Source: Octopus sinensis (Eukaryota). From it: DNA of 19,359 nucleotides. The position numbers and the translations under genes are program-made. Under the pieces are notes generated by a model. That model searched no databases. It had not been told where the DNA came from and was given only the letters and a program-made list of their open reading frames with translations. The stretch is from contig NW_021824249.1 in the NCBI RefSeq assembly GCF_006345805.1, positions 1 through 19,359 of the forward strand, given 5' to 3'. Shown here in pieces: positions 9,321 through 19,359 of this stretch; within the stretch, counting starts at the first letter, position 1; the number at the start of each line of letters is the position of its first letter.

Positions 9321-9667
9321 GGCCAGTGCTTGGAGGTCTTACCAACCACATGCATTCGTTGTACAGTAGTTACCAGTAGTAATAAGCAGGTTAATGTCTT
9401 ATGTATTTGCAATGTATGTATGCGTGTGCGTGTGTGTGCATGTGTGTGTTTGTGCCTGTGTGTGTATCTGGGAGAGAGTGTGTGAGAGAGAGAGAGGCTC
9501 AGTATGTGCGCTCGTGTGAGAGAGAGAGAGAGAGCGAGGGAGAAAGGTGTGCAGAGACACAGCGAACGAAAGGTAGATAAATAATGAGACAGGAAGAGGT
9601 AAATTGGAGTGGCAGCATGAAGGAAGAAAATAAAAGGGAAAGATAACACATCCATTTGTCCGTAGAT

Positions 9668-9696
9668 GTATGTGTGTGTGTATGTGTGTGTGTGTG

Positions 9697-9747
<51 letters not shown>

Positions 9748-9883
9748 GCGTGTGAGGAAGAGAGAAGAGAAACAGATGATATAGAGAACGTGAGAAAGGT
9801 TACGGAGAAAGGTCGGAAGTTGAGGAGTGGGAGGAAAAGACAGAGAGAGCAAATGTGCTTATGGAAGTGTGTGTGCGTGTGTG

Positions 9884-9924
<41 letters not shown>

Positions 9925-9933
9925 GTGTGTGCA

Positions 9934-10009
<76 letters not shown>

Positions 10010-10012
10010 TGT
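9668..10012. repeat. (GT)n, (AG)n and long (GT)n tracts with purine-rich spacer
   Basis: Directly visible. It explains the ORFs in 9399..10145. Confidence 0.92.
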
Positions 10013-10227
10013 GGTCTGTGTCAATGTGTAAAAGTGCAAACGCACACACGCATAATAATCGAGTCCGCCTAGCAGCTAAAAAAGCAAACGAGAGCGAAGC
10101 AGCGCTTTTCCTCAAGTGACTCGTTTCCACATTGAAATGCAGCAAGGTTTATGATAAATATATGCTTATCGTTATGAATGCGTGTTTTTGTATAGATAGA
10201 AAGACACATACGCCGACAGAGACAAAC

Positions 10228-10510
<283 letters not shown>

Positions 10511-10875
10511 GATAGGTTTTTTTGATACAACTGTCAACTGCTACGTAATGAGAACGAGATTCTAATTTTGATCGACTAAGAGATGATGATGATGATGATG
10601 ATGATGATGATAGTGATGTTCTTGTTGATGATACTTCCGCGACATCATTACCACCACCACAAGCATTATTAGTAAGAATAATAAAGGCTGCTGACAAAAC
10701 AATTCAAGACCACATTAATTAAAACCATAATTAGTAATACACACACACACGCGCGCAAACGTACAGGGAGATGGAAAAAGAGCGCGGGAAATAGACTATA
10801 TACCATAGTAGCAACACCTTTGTAAAGCAGACTAGTCATACACCATTCAGTATACCTACTTTTCTATTTGGTTTT

Positions 10876-10908
<33 letters not shown>

Positions 10909-10917
10909 TTATTATTA
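10876..10917. repeat. (CTA)11(TTA)3 triplet repeat
   Basis: Directly visible, immediately upstream of the family D SINE. Confidence 0.95.
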
Positions 10918-10921
10918 TAAA

Positions 10922-11112
10922 TACGCCGGGCAAAATGCTTAGCGGCATTTTGTCTGTCTGCGCGATCGGGGTTCAAATTCCGCCGAGGTTCGACTTTGCA
11001 TTTCGTCTTTTCGGGGATCAATAAATTAAGTACCAGTTGAACATTGACCATCGATGTAATTGAATTGCACCCTCCTTCAAAATTCCTGGCCTTGTGTCAA
11101 AATTTGAAACCA
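10922..11112 (+). mobile_element. tRNA-derived SINE family D with Meta-domain-like core, 5' end clipped
   Basis: B box GTTCAAATTC (10971-10980). The core CGACTTTGCATTTCGTCTTTTCGGGGATCAATAAATTAAGTACCAG resembles the MetaSINE/Sauria-type central domain (by recall). It ends in an (ATT)n tail. Confidence 0.8.
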
Positions 11113-11113
11113 C

Positions 11114-11331
<218 letters not shown>

Positions 11332-11890
11332 TAGATAATTAATTAATTAGTTCATTCATTTCCTCATTCAAACCTGTTAATTTGTTAGTCTCTCGCACCC
11401 CTCACACATACTCACAAAAACGCATACGCAAGGAAACATATACACACAACCATTTCATGCTACACATACAAGCCTTCTTCTCAGCCTTTCACTCATTCAT
11501 TCTCTCTCAACAACATTGTGTATGTGTGTGTGTGTGTGTTGTGTGTGTGTGTGTGTGTGTGTGGTGAGCATATGTAAGTAGAGAAGCCAAAAGTGATTTC
11601 TAATTAACTGAAAGTCAATGAGAAATATATGCATCTAATAAAATATATATCTATATCTTTAAGGTCTTAAGAAATTGAGTCATGCTTCTAAATTGATCGT
11701 TATCTATTTAAATGTAGAATCGATACAGAACACATCAAATTTAGACAAAACACATATACACGCTCACACAAACACACACATATGTAGGTATATACATGCA
11801 CGCACATGCATGTTTATGTATGTATGTATGTATGTATGTATGTATATTGAAAAAATACACGAACACATTGAGGATCTAATATATCGCTCA

Positions 11891-12064
11891 CTACCACCAC
11901 CACCACTACCACCGCCACCACTGGTGCCACCAGAGCCAGCACCAGCAACTCTAATACCCATATTTCGAATGCTATTACCCACCACCACCACCGCTACCAC
12001 CACCACCACCACCAACACCACCAACACCACCGCCGCCATCAGCACTACCCTCAATTTCCTCCAT

Positions 12065-12106
<42 letters not shown>
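11891..12106. repeat. Degenerate (CCA)n followed by (TAC)n triplet repeats
   Basis: Directly visible. It gives the poly-P, poly-T and poly-Y pseudo-ORF 11675..12130. Confidence 0.9.
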
Positions 12107-12107
<1 letters not shown>

Positions 12108-12742
12108 GCACGACACCGGTTTGCAAATAAGCATATAGAGTTATACAGATCCTGCCTTTCTGTAAACAAATATCTCGTAGGCTCTTCGTATCCGCGATAA
12201 AAGTTACAATCGACAATATACGTATATAAACGTCTACGTAAACTACCGACTGTATAAATATATACACGTGTATTTATATATATACATATCTGTATATACA
12301 TATACATATACATACAGATATATATATTTATTTATTTATGTTTGTATATGTGTTTGTATATACAACAAAAGAGAATTTTTACGTAGATTTTTAGGCAGAT
12401 ATGTAACATTTTTTTGGCAAAAAAGGACAACTTTACTACACATACCAGTATCTGAGTGGTAGGTAAACAAGTCAGTCTTCTGTGTGCGTTTATAATACAC
12501 ACAAACACACACACACACACACACGCACACACGCACACATGCTCATATATATATACACACACATCTCATGCATACATCATACATGAACTATATAATTATT
12601 TATTACATGTAGTCTGTATATTAAAATACACAGTATTTATTAGCTTATGAACACGGTTGCAGTTGCACATATGTACTAAAAAAAAAAACAAAAAAAAAAC
12701 AACAAAACAGCACTACCAAAAACAACAACATCAATAATATAA

Positions 12743-12797
<55 letters not shown>
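12743..12797. repeat. (AAT)n triplet repeat
   Basis: Directly visible. Confidence 0.95.
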
Positions 12798-12814
<17 letters not shown>

Positions 12815-13097
12815 TAAGCAAAAAGAACGAAATATTTTGTATTTTCTGCGATACGAATGTGCACAGTCAATAATACTAGGATATATAATATATATATATG
12901 TAAGCATACAGATACTTAGCGTGTATATAGACAATTGTATGTAGAATCAAAGACGCACGTACACTTATACATATAAACAGACGTTCACCCCACATACATT
13001 ATATACACATAAAGAAGCTTTACAAACTTAATATACACACGCTGACATACACACATACAAACATAAACTCATATTTAGAAACATATACGAACATACG

Positions 13098-13129
<32 letters not shown>

Positions 13130-13325
13130 CTTACGTGCATCCATACATTCGTACGTGCATCCATACATCTCGTACATACACGCGGTGAGACGTTCAATTG
13201 AAATCTCGGTGTTCCTCCATCCCGCGAACGGTTTGTTTATCATCCATCACTGGTCAATCTGTATAGCCTAGCCAAATCCCTGTCAAACAAATGACCACCA
13301 TGATTCGACTTCACTAAGTTTGCAG

Positions 13326-13352
13326 AAAACTATGGCTGCCACTGTTATCGGG
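13326..13352 (+). CDS. Candidate 27-nt micro-exon or start exon (KT)MAATVIG
   Basis: TTTGCAG| before it, AACTATGG start context (ATG 13332) and GGG|GTAAGT donor after it. No homology recognised. Confidence 0.15.
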
Positions 13353-14500
13353 GTAAGTAAATAAACACGTATTCTCATTTATTTTCTTTATTGACATCCC
13401 TTTACCGTACAGATCAGTTCGCTTACTGACTGGTTGATTCATACACATAGAAGAAACGAATGATATATATATATATATATAATATATTATATATATATCT
13501 ATATATATATATAATATATAATATATATAAATACGTTATGTATGTGTATATAATTCGATATATATATTGTAGAGGAAGATAGCAATTTTTCTGATTAACG
13601 TTAGGGGTGGAAAGGTGTGTCTGTTACTACCGAATGTCTGTTAAAATGAATATGACTTGGGGATCATCCATATCATGTGTGATAATTAAAACACCTTTAA
13701 AATAGCATGCGCTTACACACAAACAAACATACACACACAGATACACACACTCACACTCACACAAATATAACTGAATTAAGTGAGACATATTTAATTTAAT
13801 AGAGTATTTGGTGAGTATTTTCCCATAACTGCAGTGGTATTGTGATATTTTTATTATCATATTTCAGTCCGATAAACCCGAAATCCCTTAAAAATCAAGG
13901 GTCCTTTAAAACGAAGTCTTACTATGTAATTAATCTATCTATCTGTCTATGTAACTATGAAGTATGTATATATGTGTGTACGTATTTTTGTCTGTCTGTC
14001 TGTCTGTCTGTATGTATGTATGTATGTATGTATGTGTGCGTGTGTGTATCTTTCTATTTATCTAGCTAGCTCTCTTTACATACACACATGCGAACATACA
14101 TGCATGCATACACACATATATATATTCACATGCACGCACAGACACATACATGCATACATACAAGCAAATGTTATAATGCTGAAAGATGCTGTATTTGTTG
14201 GATTTTATTAACGCTATATGATGTATATATGCAAAATAAAAACAAAAAATACTCTACTTATCACATACCGTATATTTTTATTCACACACACACACGCAAA
14301 TATAAATTTACATCCCAACATTTACATGTTTGAATAATTTCTGTTATACATTTTTTAAATATTTGATATTTAATATTCCATCGGCGTTTTTAACGTAAAG
14401 ACAACTGAATACTCATTCGCATCTTATAAGGTGTTAGTTAGTCGAGCTAATTTGTCAAAAATAGGGATGGAATATCAGAACCTCCACGTTACGTGTCATT

Positions 14501-14560
14501 GAGGGAGTCTTTACGATCAGTCTGCTAGAAATAACAGCCAAATCTACCAAACATCGCACC
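14501..14560. mobile_element. Family E fragment, orientation opposite to 377-530
   Basis: CTGCTAGAAATAACAGCCAAATCT is the reverse-complement form of the family E TGCTATTTCTAGCAG motif. Confidence 0.6.
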
Positions 14561-14852
14561 ATTAATATCATTAAAGTGGCAAGAATGTCACTGTCATAGG
14601 TAGGTAATGAAGATTAGGCTAACGACAGGGTTAAAATATATCTCGAACAACAAGAGTGCCCTTTACGTCTCGTAAAAAATTAGAGCATATCTTCGATGAT
14701 AAATACAGAAGCCAAGCTGATTGGTGGCTATACAGCATTAACCGATCGAAACAACGTGGGGGAGATTCTATATGGCCTCTAGAACTGTTGTAATTAGCAG
14801 AATGTGTATAGAGCTAGAGTACTGAGTGTGCTAGATTTTGTAATTTATTATT

Positions 14853-14918
14853 GGATGGTTTGAGAGAAATTTGCTGCTATTTCTGGCTTGTGCAGCGAGC
14901 TCTCAGAGTTAGCTCTCT
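14853..14918. mobile_element. Family E fragment, same orientation as 377-530
   Basis: TTTGAGAGAAATTTGCTGCTATTTCTGGC is an inverted match to 14522-14550. Confidence 0.55.
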
Positions 14919-14985
14919 TCGTTAGTTACGATTTAAAAATTTCCTTCTTACTCTTGTATAAGACTCAAGTCGATCCATTTCACTA

Positions 14986-15132
14986 AGACCTGTATTCAAA
15001 AGCATTCCAACCATGGCCAATTCGCCTTCCTTCTGCGTATAATACGCCTAATGGCACACGTTATCTCGTGTTATCTCATGTATACGTATTCTTAGCCTGC
15101 TATTTCAAGCAAATCGTGTTACCACGTACAGA
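14986..15132. mobile_element. Family E copy, same orientation as 377-530
   Basis: 21/24 match to 413-436 at 14996-15019, plus CTGCTATTTCAAGC at 15097-15110. Confidence 0.6.
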
Positions 15133-15257
15133 GACACCAGGTATATGTACTGTAAAATTATGTTATATGTATGTGTGTGTATTACACACACTTACCTGTG
15201 TATCTGTGTTGTTTTGTAATTTATGAATGTATATGTACATAAGTATGCGTGCGTGAA

Positions 15258-15261
15258 TACA

Positions 15262-15314
<53 letters not shown>

Positions 15315-15366
15315 GTATTATATATATAGTATATATATTATATATATATATTATGTATGTAATTAT

Positions 15367-15399
<33 letters not shown>

Positions 15400-15426
15400 T
15401 ATGTATGGTATATATTATATATATAT

Positions 15427-15463
<37 letters not shown>

Positions 15464-15480
15464 ATGTGTGTGTGTGTGTA
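15258..15480. repeat. (TACA)/(TA)n/(TATG) low-complexity tract
   Basis: Directly visible. Confidence 0.95.
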
Positions 15481-15559
15481 ATAAATAAATATATATATAA
15501 TATATAATTATTATTATAATTATAATTAAGGGTATCTAAGAGATACCACCATGCTAGAT

Positions 15560-15662
15560 ATAGCAGCCAAATCTTGACTCTAAAACCACATTAAATGTTC
15601 ATACAGCAGCAGGTGCTGTATGAACATTTAATGTGGTTTTAGAGTCAAGTTTTGGTTGCTAT
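15560..15662. repeat. Near-perfect inverted repeat: 49-bp arms, 5-nt loop
   Basis: 15560-15608 pairs with 15614-15662. The inner 36 bp (15573-15608 with 15614-15649) are perfect. There is one T-T mismatch (15572/15650) and one G-T pair (15566/15656). The loop is GCAGG. Confidence 0.97.
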
Positions 15663-15919
15663 TATAATTTTAATAATAATTATTACCTTCGAAAGTTTTT
15701 ATTCCCACCCTGGCCACCTGATAAGATCGGTATTGAAATAACTATTTTATATTTATTTATATAAATATATAAATGTATATGTGTGTGTGTGTGAGAGAGA
15801 GAGAGAGTGTGTGTGTGTGTGTGTGTGTGTACATATGTATGTGTATATACGTGTGTGTACTGACAGATACATAGATAGGTAAGTAGGTAGATAGATAGAT
15901 TGAGAGAGAGAGAGAGACG

Positions 15920-15950
<31 letters not shown>

Positions 15951-16479
15951 GACAGACAGACAGGGATGACAGAGACAGACAAAAACGACAGACAGACAGA
16001 GACAGAGAGATTAGGGTTGGATTAGGAAAACACGGGTGAATACCTTGTAATATTTATTTACATTGCATTAATTTCTAACTACGTCATGCTGCATTACGAC
16101 CAGGGTGTATAAAGTAAAGTACCAGACAAACAGTGTACTTCACAGAGCCCAGTGCGTGACCCCCTTCGCTCCTCCATAGTTTGTAGTCATTTATCAAGTC
16201 GAGGACTTGATGCGGCGGAAGTTGAACCAAACTGAGTGCCTTGAAGCTTTTAGTTATCTTGAGGATACTTGATAGATAACTGAGCAGACGTTTGCAGGTT
16301 GAGTTAAATTTTCTCAAGAAAGGCTCTACAACTTTTTGTTAAGAAGTCTGAAATAAATATAAGTTCAAATCCAGTAGGTTCAAACGATTGCAAGGTTAGT
16401 CGATCAAATTATCATGTAAGAATTCTCTGATATACGTACAAACACACAACCCCAAACTTGTGAATAGAAATTATACGAA

Positions 16480-16587
16480 TATGTATGTATGTATATATAT
16501 ATATATATATATATACAAATATATATATTTATTTACATATGTGTCATTTATACATGGATGTAATCTCTCTCTCCTCTCTCTCTTTAT

Positions 16588-16618
<31 letters not shown>

Positions 16619-16720
16619 CATACACACACACACCTATATATATATAGTATAACAAATAATAACATATGCATATATGTGCATAAATGTACATATATACATG
16701 TACATAGCATATCTATATAT

Positions 16721-16768
<48 letters not shown>

Positions 16769-16870
16769 TTATACATATATTTATAGATTGTATATGGATA
16801 TACATGCATCATATGTATGCACGTGGTATGAGTGTGTATAATGTGTCTGTATGTATGTATAGACAAACAT
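16480..16870. repeat. (TA)n/(TACA)n/(CT)n low-complexity region
   Basis: Directly visible. Confidence 0.9.
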
Positions 16871-16947
16871 GGCCATAGTAAATGACTGGAACAAGTTGAA
16901 GAGTAATAGTATACGTTCTCTTTCCATGTTGTATTTTTCTACATATC

Positions 16948-16986
<39 letters not shown>

Positions 16987-17089
16987 TAAAAGATATGATA
17001 ATCTTTAGAAGAATAAGTCAGCGTGAAAACCTCATAAGGGAAAAATTTTGATTATTCCCTTAAAATATATTTATTTATATTAAATGCCC

Positions 17090-17201
17090 TTAATATATAT
17101 ATATATATGATGTTTGTGCATATATATAAATGTGTCTATCTATTATATATACATATACACACATACACACACATACACGCACATACATACATATATATAT
17201 A

Positions 17202-17249
<48 letters not shown>

Positions 17250-17450
17250 ATATATATATATACATATCAGATGAGTGCACAGAGGTGTACGTACGCCGCG
17301 CTATATGTATATAGGTAAATATGTAAAATGGACAAAAAAAACAACAGAGGACAATATATATACATATATATACACATACATATATATATACATATATACA
17401 TATATACATATATGTACATGCATATATATATATACACACACAAACACATA
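17090..17450. repeat. (TA)n/(CA)n low-complexity region
   Basis: Directly visible. It explains the many Y/I/H/T ORFs. Confidence 0.9.
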
Positions 17451-18141
17451 CCCACATATTCTTGTAGATAAATACCTACATATAAAGGATAAACGAAAAT
17501 ATACGATAACCAAACGCCTAATCTCTTAATTAATTTTTTTAAACGCCAGCGAGCAAAACTTGATAAAATGTGTCAATGCCAGAGATTATTGGATTAGATT
17601 ATGAATTATGTCTCAAACGGTCATTGTATACATCATGTACAAACTTTTATTACAACAAATTTCTTATAAAGGTACCCCCATCATATATGCATACAGGCAT
17701 ATATATATATATATACATACCTATTTATATATATATACATACATACATATATACACACATACACATATATATATATATGCATACAAACACGTATGTATGT
17801 ATGTGTGTGTGTATGCATTGGTTGGTGAGTATTTTACTGAATGAATCATGTTTCAATTCTAGGTGATCCTGATCAGAAGTCTGATTCAACTCACAATCAA
17901 ATGGGGCTTAATTTTGTAGCTGCAATATGCATCTGTGTGTGTGTGTGTGTGTTGTGTGTGTGTGCGTATGTGTGTGTGTGTGTGTGTGTGTGTGTACGTA
18001 CATACATGCATGCATATATATATATACATAGATACATATAACGAGAGAGGGTTTACTGCTCACTGAAGTTAGGCTCAACGAAAAATGTACGGTGTCTAGT
18101 GACAGATAAAGATTATTTTAAATGGCTGTATGCATGAAATA

Positions 18142-18146
18142 TATAT

Positions 18147-18239
<93 letters not shown>

Positions 18240-18240
18240 G
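18142..18240. repeat. (TA)n tract
   Basis: Directly visible. Confidence 0.95.
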
Positions 18241-18284
18241 ATACACACACAACGCAAATATATATTATATATATGAAATTTATA

Positions 18285-18430
18285 CAAAAACAACGTCAGA
18301 CAGGTGTATGAACAACAAGCAAATGTATTAGTTTGGACGCTCGGAGAAATTAAAAGTCTTTTACGTTTCGAGCCTACGCTCTTCGACGGAAAGGAATAAG
18401 AGAGAATAAACGCGAGATAAGTGAAATATA
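18285..18430 (-). mobile_element. Penelope-like element terminal-repeat (pLTR) remnant
   Basis: A non-microsatellite island between TA tracts that carries a minimal hammerhead motif. Such motifs are diagnostic of Penelope-like element terminal repeats (established: Cervera and De la Pena 2014). Boundaries are approximate. Confidence 0.6.
18358..18393 (-). ncRNA. Minimal type I hammerhead ribozyme motif (variant core)
   Basis: Minus strand CTTT-CCGTCGA-A-GAGC-GTAG-GCTC-GAAA-C-GTA-AAAG. Stem I is CTTT/AAAG, stem II is GAGC/GCTC with a GTAG loop, stem III is the palindromic ACGT, and the cleavage triplet is GUA. Confidence 0.75.
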
Positions 18431-18453
18431 ACGTGTAGACAATTTTTTTTTAC

Positions 18454-18478
18454 ATATATATATATATATATATATACG

Positions 18479-18512
<34 letters not shown>

Positions 18513-18544
18513 CATATATAAATATATATATATATCACATATGC

Positions 18545-18614
<70 letters not shown>

Positions 18615-18730
18615 ACATATCTATATGTATATAGGTATATCTACGTATGCATGTATGGATAGATGTGTATGTGTATATATATATATATATTTATATATAT
18701 AATATATATACCATATATATATATATAGTA
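18454..18730. repeat. (TA)n-dominated low-complexity tract
   Basis: Directly visible. Confidence 0.95.
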
Positions 18731-18848
18731 GATAGATATATACGTATGCGTGTGTTTGTGCATGTGTGTATATGTGCATGTGCTGTTTGTGTTTGAGTTT
18801 TTCTCACCCTACTGCTCAGAATCTCGTTTTGGTTTGTTTAAATCTCTG

Positions 18849-18945
18849 TAGCCTGGCGGTTTGGCTAACGAGAGCGATATAATTAATACCCAACTAATAA
18901 AAATCAATGATAATAAAATAATTACTGGTATGATTTTGTTCGACT
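18849..18945 (+). mobile_element. Highly diverged family-A-like SINE 3' fragment
   Basis: GGCGGTTTGGCTAACGAGAGCGATATAATTAATAC...AAATAATTACTGGTATGATTTTGTTCGACT parallels GCGGTTCGGCAAAGACACAGACAGAATAAGTAAC...AAATAAGTACTGTAGTCATTTCATTCGACT at 9056-9130. Confidence 0.5.
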
Positions 18946-19276
18946 TGCATGTCCACACTTCATGGCGTAATCTTTTAAGATGGGATATTTTAAAATTCCA
19001 AGGGTAATTTTGGAGTTTCCAATTGAGAAATTGTTTACAGATAGAAAAATTCTTTAAATTTCTTGAGAATTTTTAAGGTTTTTTTCTGGTAGATTTATTT
19101 CTTTAAATGTTAATATGCAATATATTTTGTCGTATTCAAGTCTACTTATTTATTGTCATATATAGTTGTGTAGGCCTGGAATTAGTATTATAAAGTGATA
19201 AAGACAATGGTGATTTAAAGAAAATGAACACGAAATATTGGTCTAGTGTGAATCAGTCAATAAATCGATTATGTTA

Positions 19277-19359
19277 GAATCAGTAGGTTGTGGGGAATGA
19301 CTTACAGTAGAATCTAGTTACGTCCCTTTAATTTTCTGAGTTCAAATCGCGTCGGTCTC
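19277..19359 (+). mobile_element. Diverged SINE family D head, cut by window edge
   Basis: TTCTGAGTTCAAATC B-box context, the same as at 4332-4346. Confidence 0.4.

Noticed and set aside
11675-12130. 151-aa ORF with Pro-, Thr- and Tyr-rich tracts resembling a mucin or formin segment
   Set aside because: It is built from (CCA)n and (TAC)n repeats plus TATG microsatellite, with no splice or domain support.
14618-14634. piggyBac-like terminus ...ACGACAGGG|TTAA
   Set aside because: I found no matching TTAA|CCC partner end nearby, and it is too short to support alone.
14635-14793. Short protein-like frames (HIFDDKYRSQADWWLYSINRSKQRGGDSIWPLELL; MINTEAKLIGGYTALTDRNNVGEILYGL)
   Set aside because: They are under 60 codons, have weak splice signals and show no recognised homology.
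15633-15648. GTGGTTTTAGAGTCAA resembles the start of the Cas9 crRNA repeat GTTTTAGAGC
   Set aside because: Only 9 nt match. There is no repeat-spacer array and no cas genes, and the context is eukaryotic. No CRISPR array exists in this window.
17305-17350. Possible second Penelope terminal-repeat fragment (…AAAATGGACAAAAAAAACAACAGAGGAC)
   Set aside because: It has only weak A-rich similarity to 18285-18305, and no hammerhead follows.

Overview
Eukaryotic, repeat-saturated, non-coding (intronic or intergenic) DNA. The SINE families and the extreme microsatellite load point to a coleoid cephalopod, probably Octopus. That assignment is by recognition, not by database search. No intact protein-coding gene can be supported: nearly every ORF in the supplied track is a microsatellite translation artefact or an antisense read-through of a SINE. 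The window holds multiple copies of at least four tRNA-derived SINE families (my labels A-D), fragments of one further dispersed repeat (E), and two hAT-like termini. It also holds a decayed 3' fragment of a restriction-like-endonuclease (RLE) non-LTR retrotransposon (7977-8420, minus), and many di-, tri- and tetranucleotide tracts. The most notable observations are four. (1) A Penelope-type minimal hammerhead ribozyme with a variant core (18358-18393, minus). (2) A 49-bp near-perfect fold-back hairpin with a 5-nt loop (15560-15662). (3) A SINE with a head from one family on the body of another (8517-8780). (4) An ordered compound triplet array whose two ends are reverse complements (11115-11331). 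A few splice-signal-bounded exon candidates are listed at low confidence.
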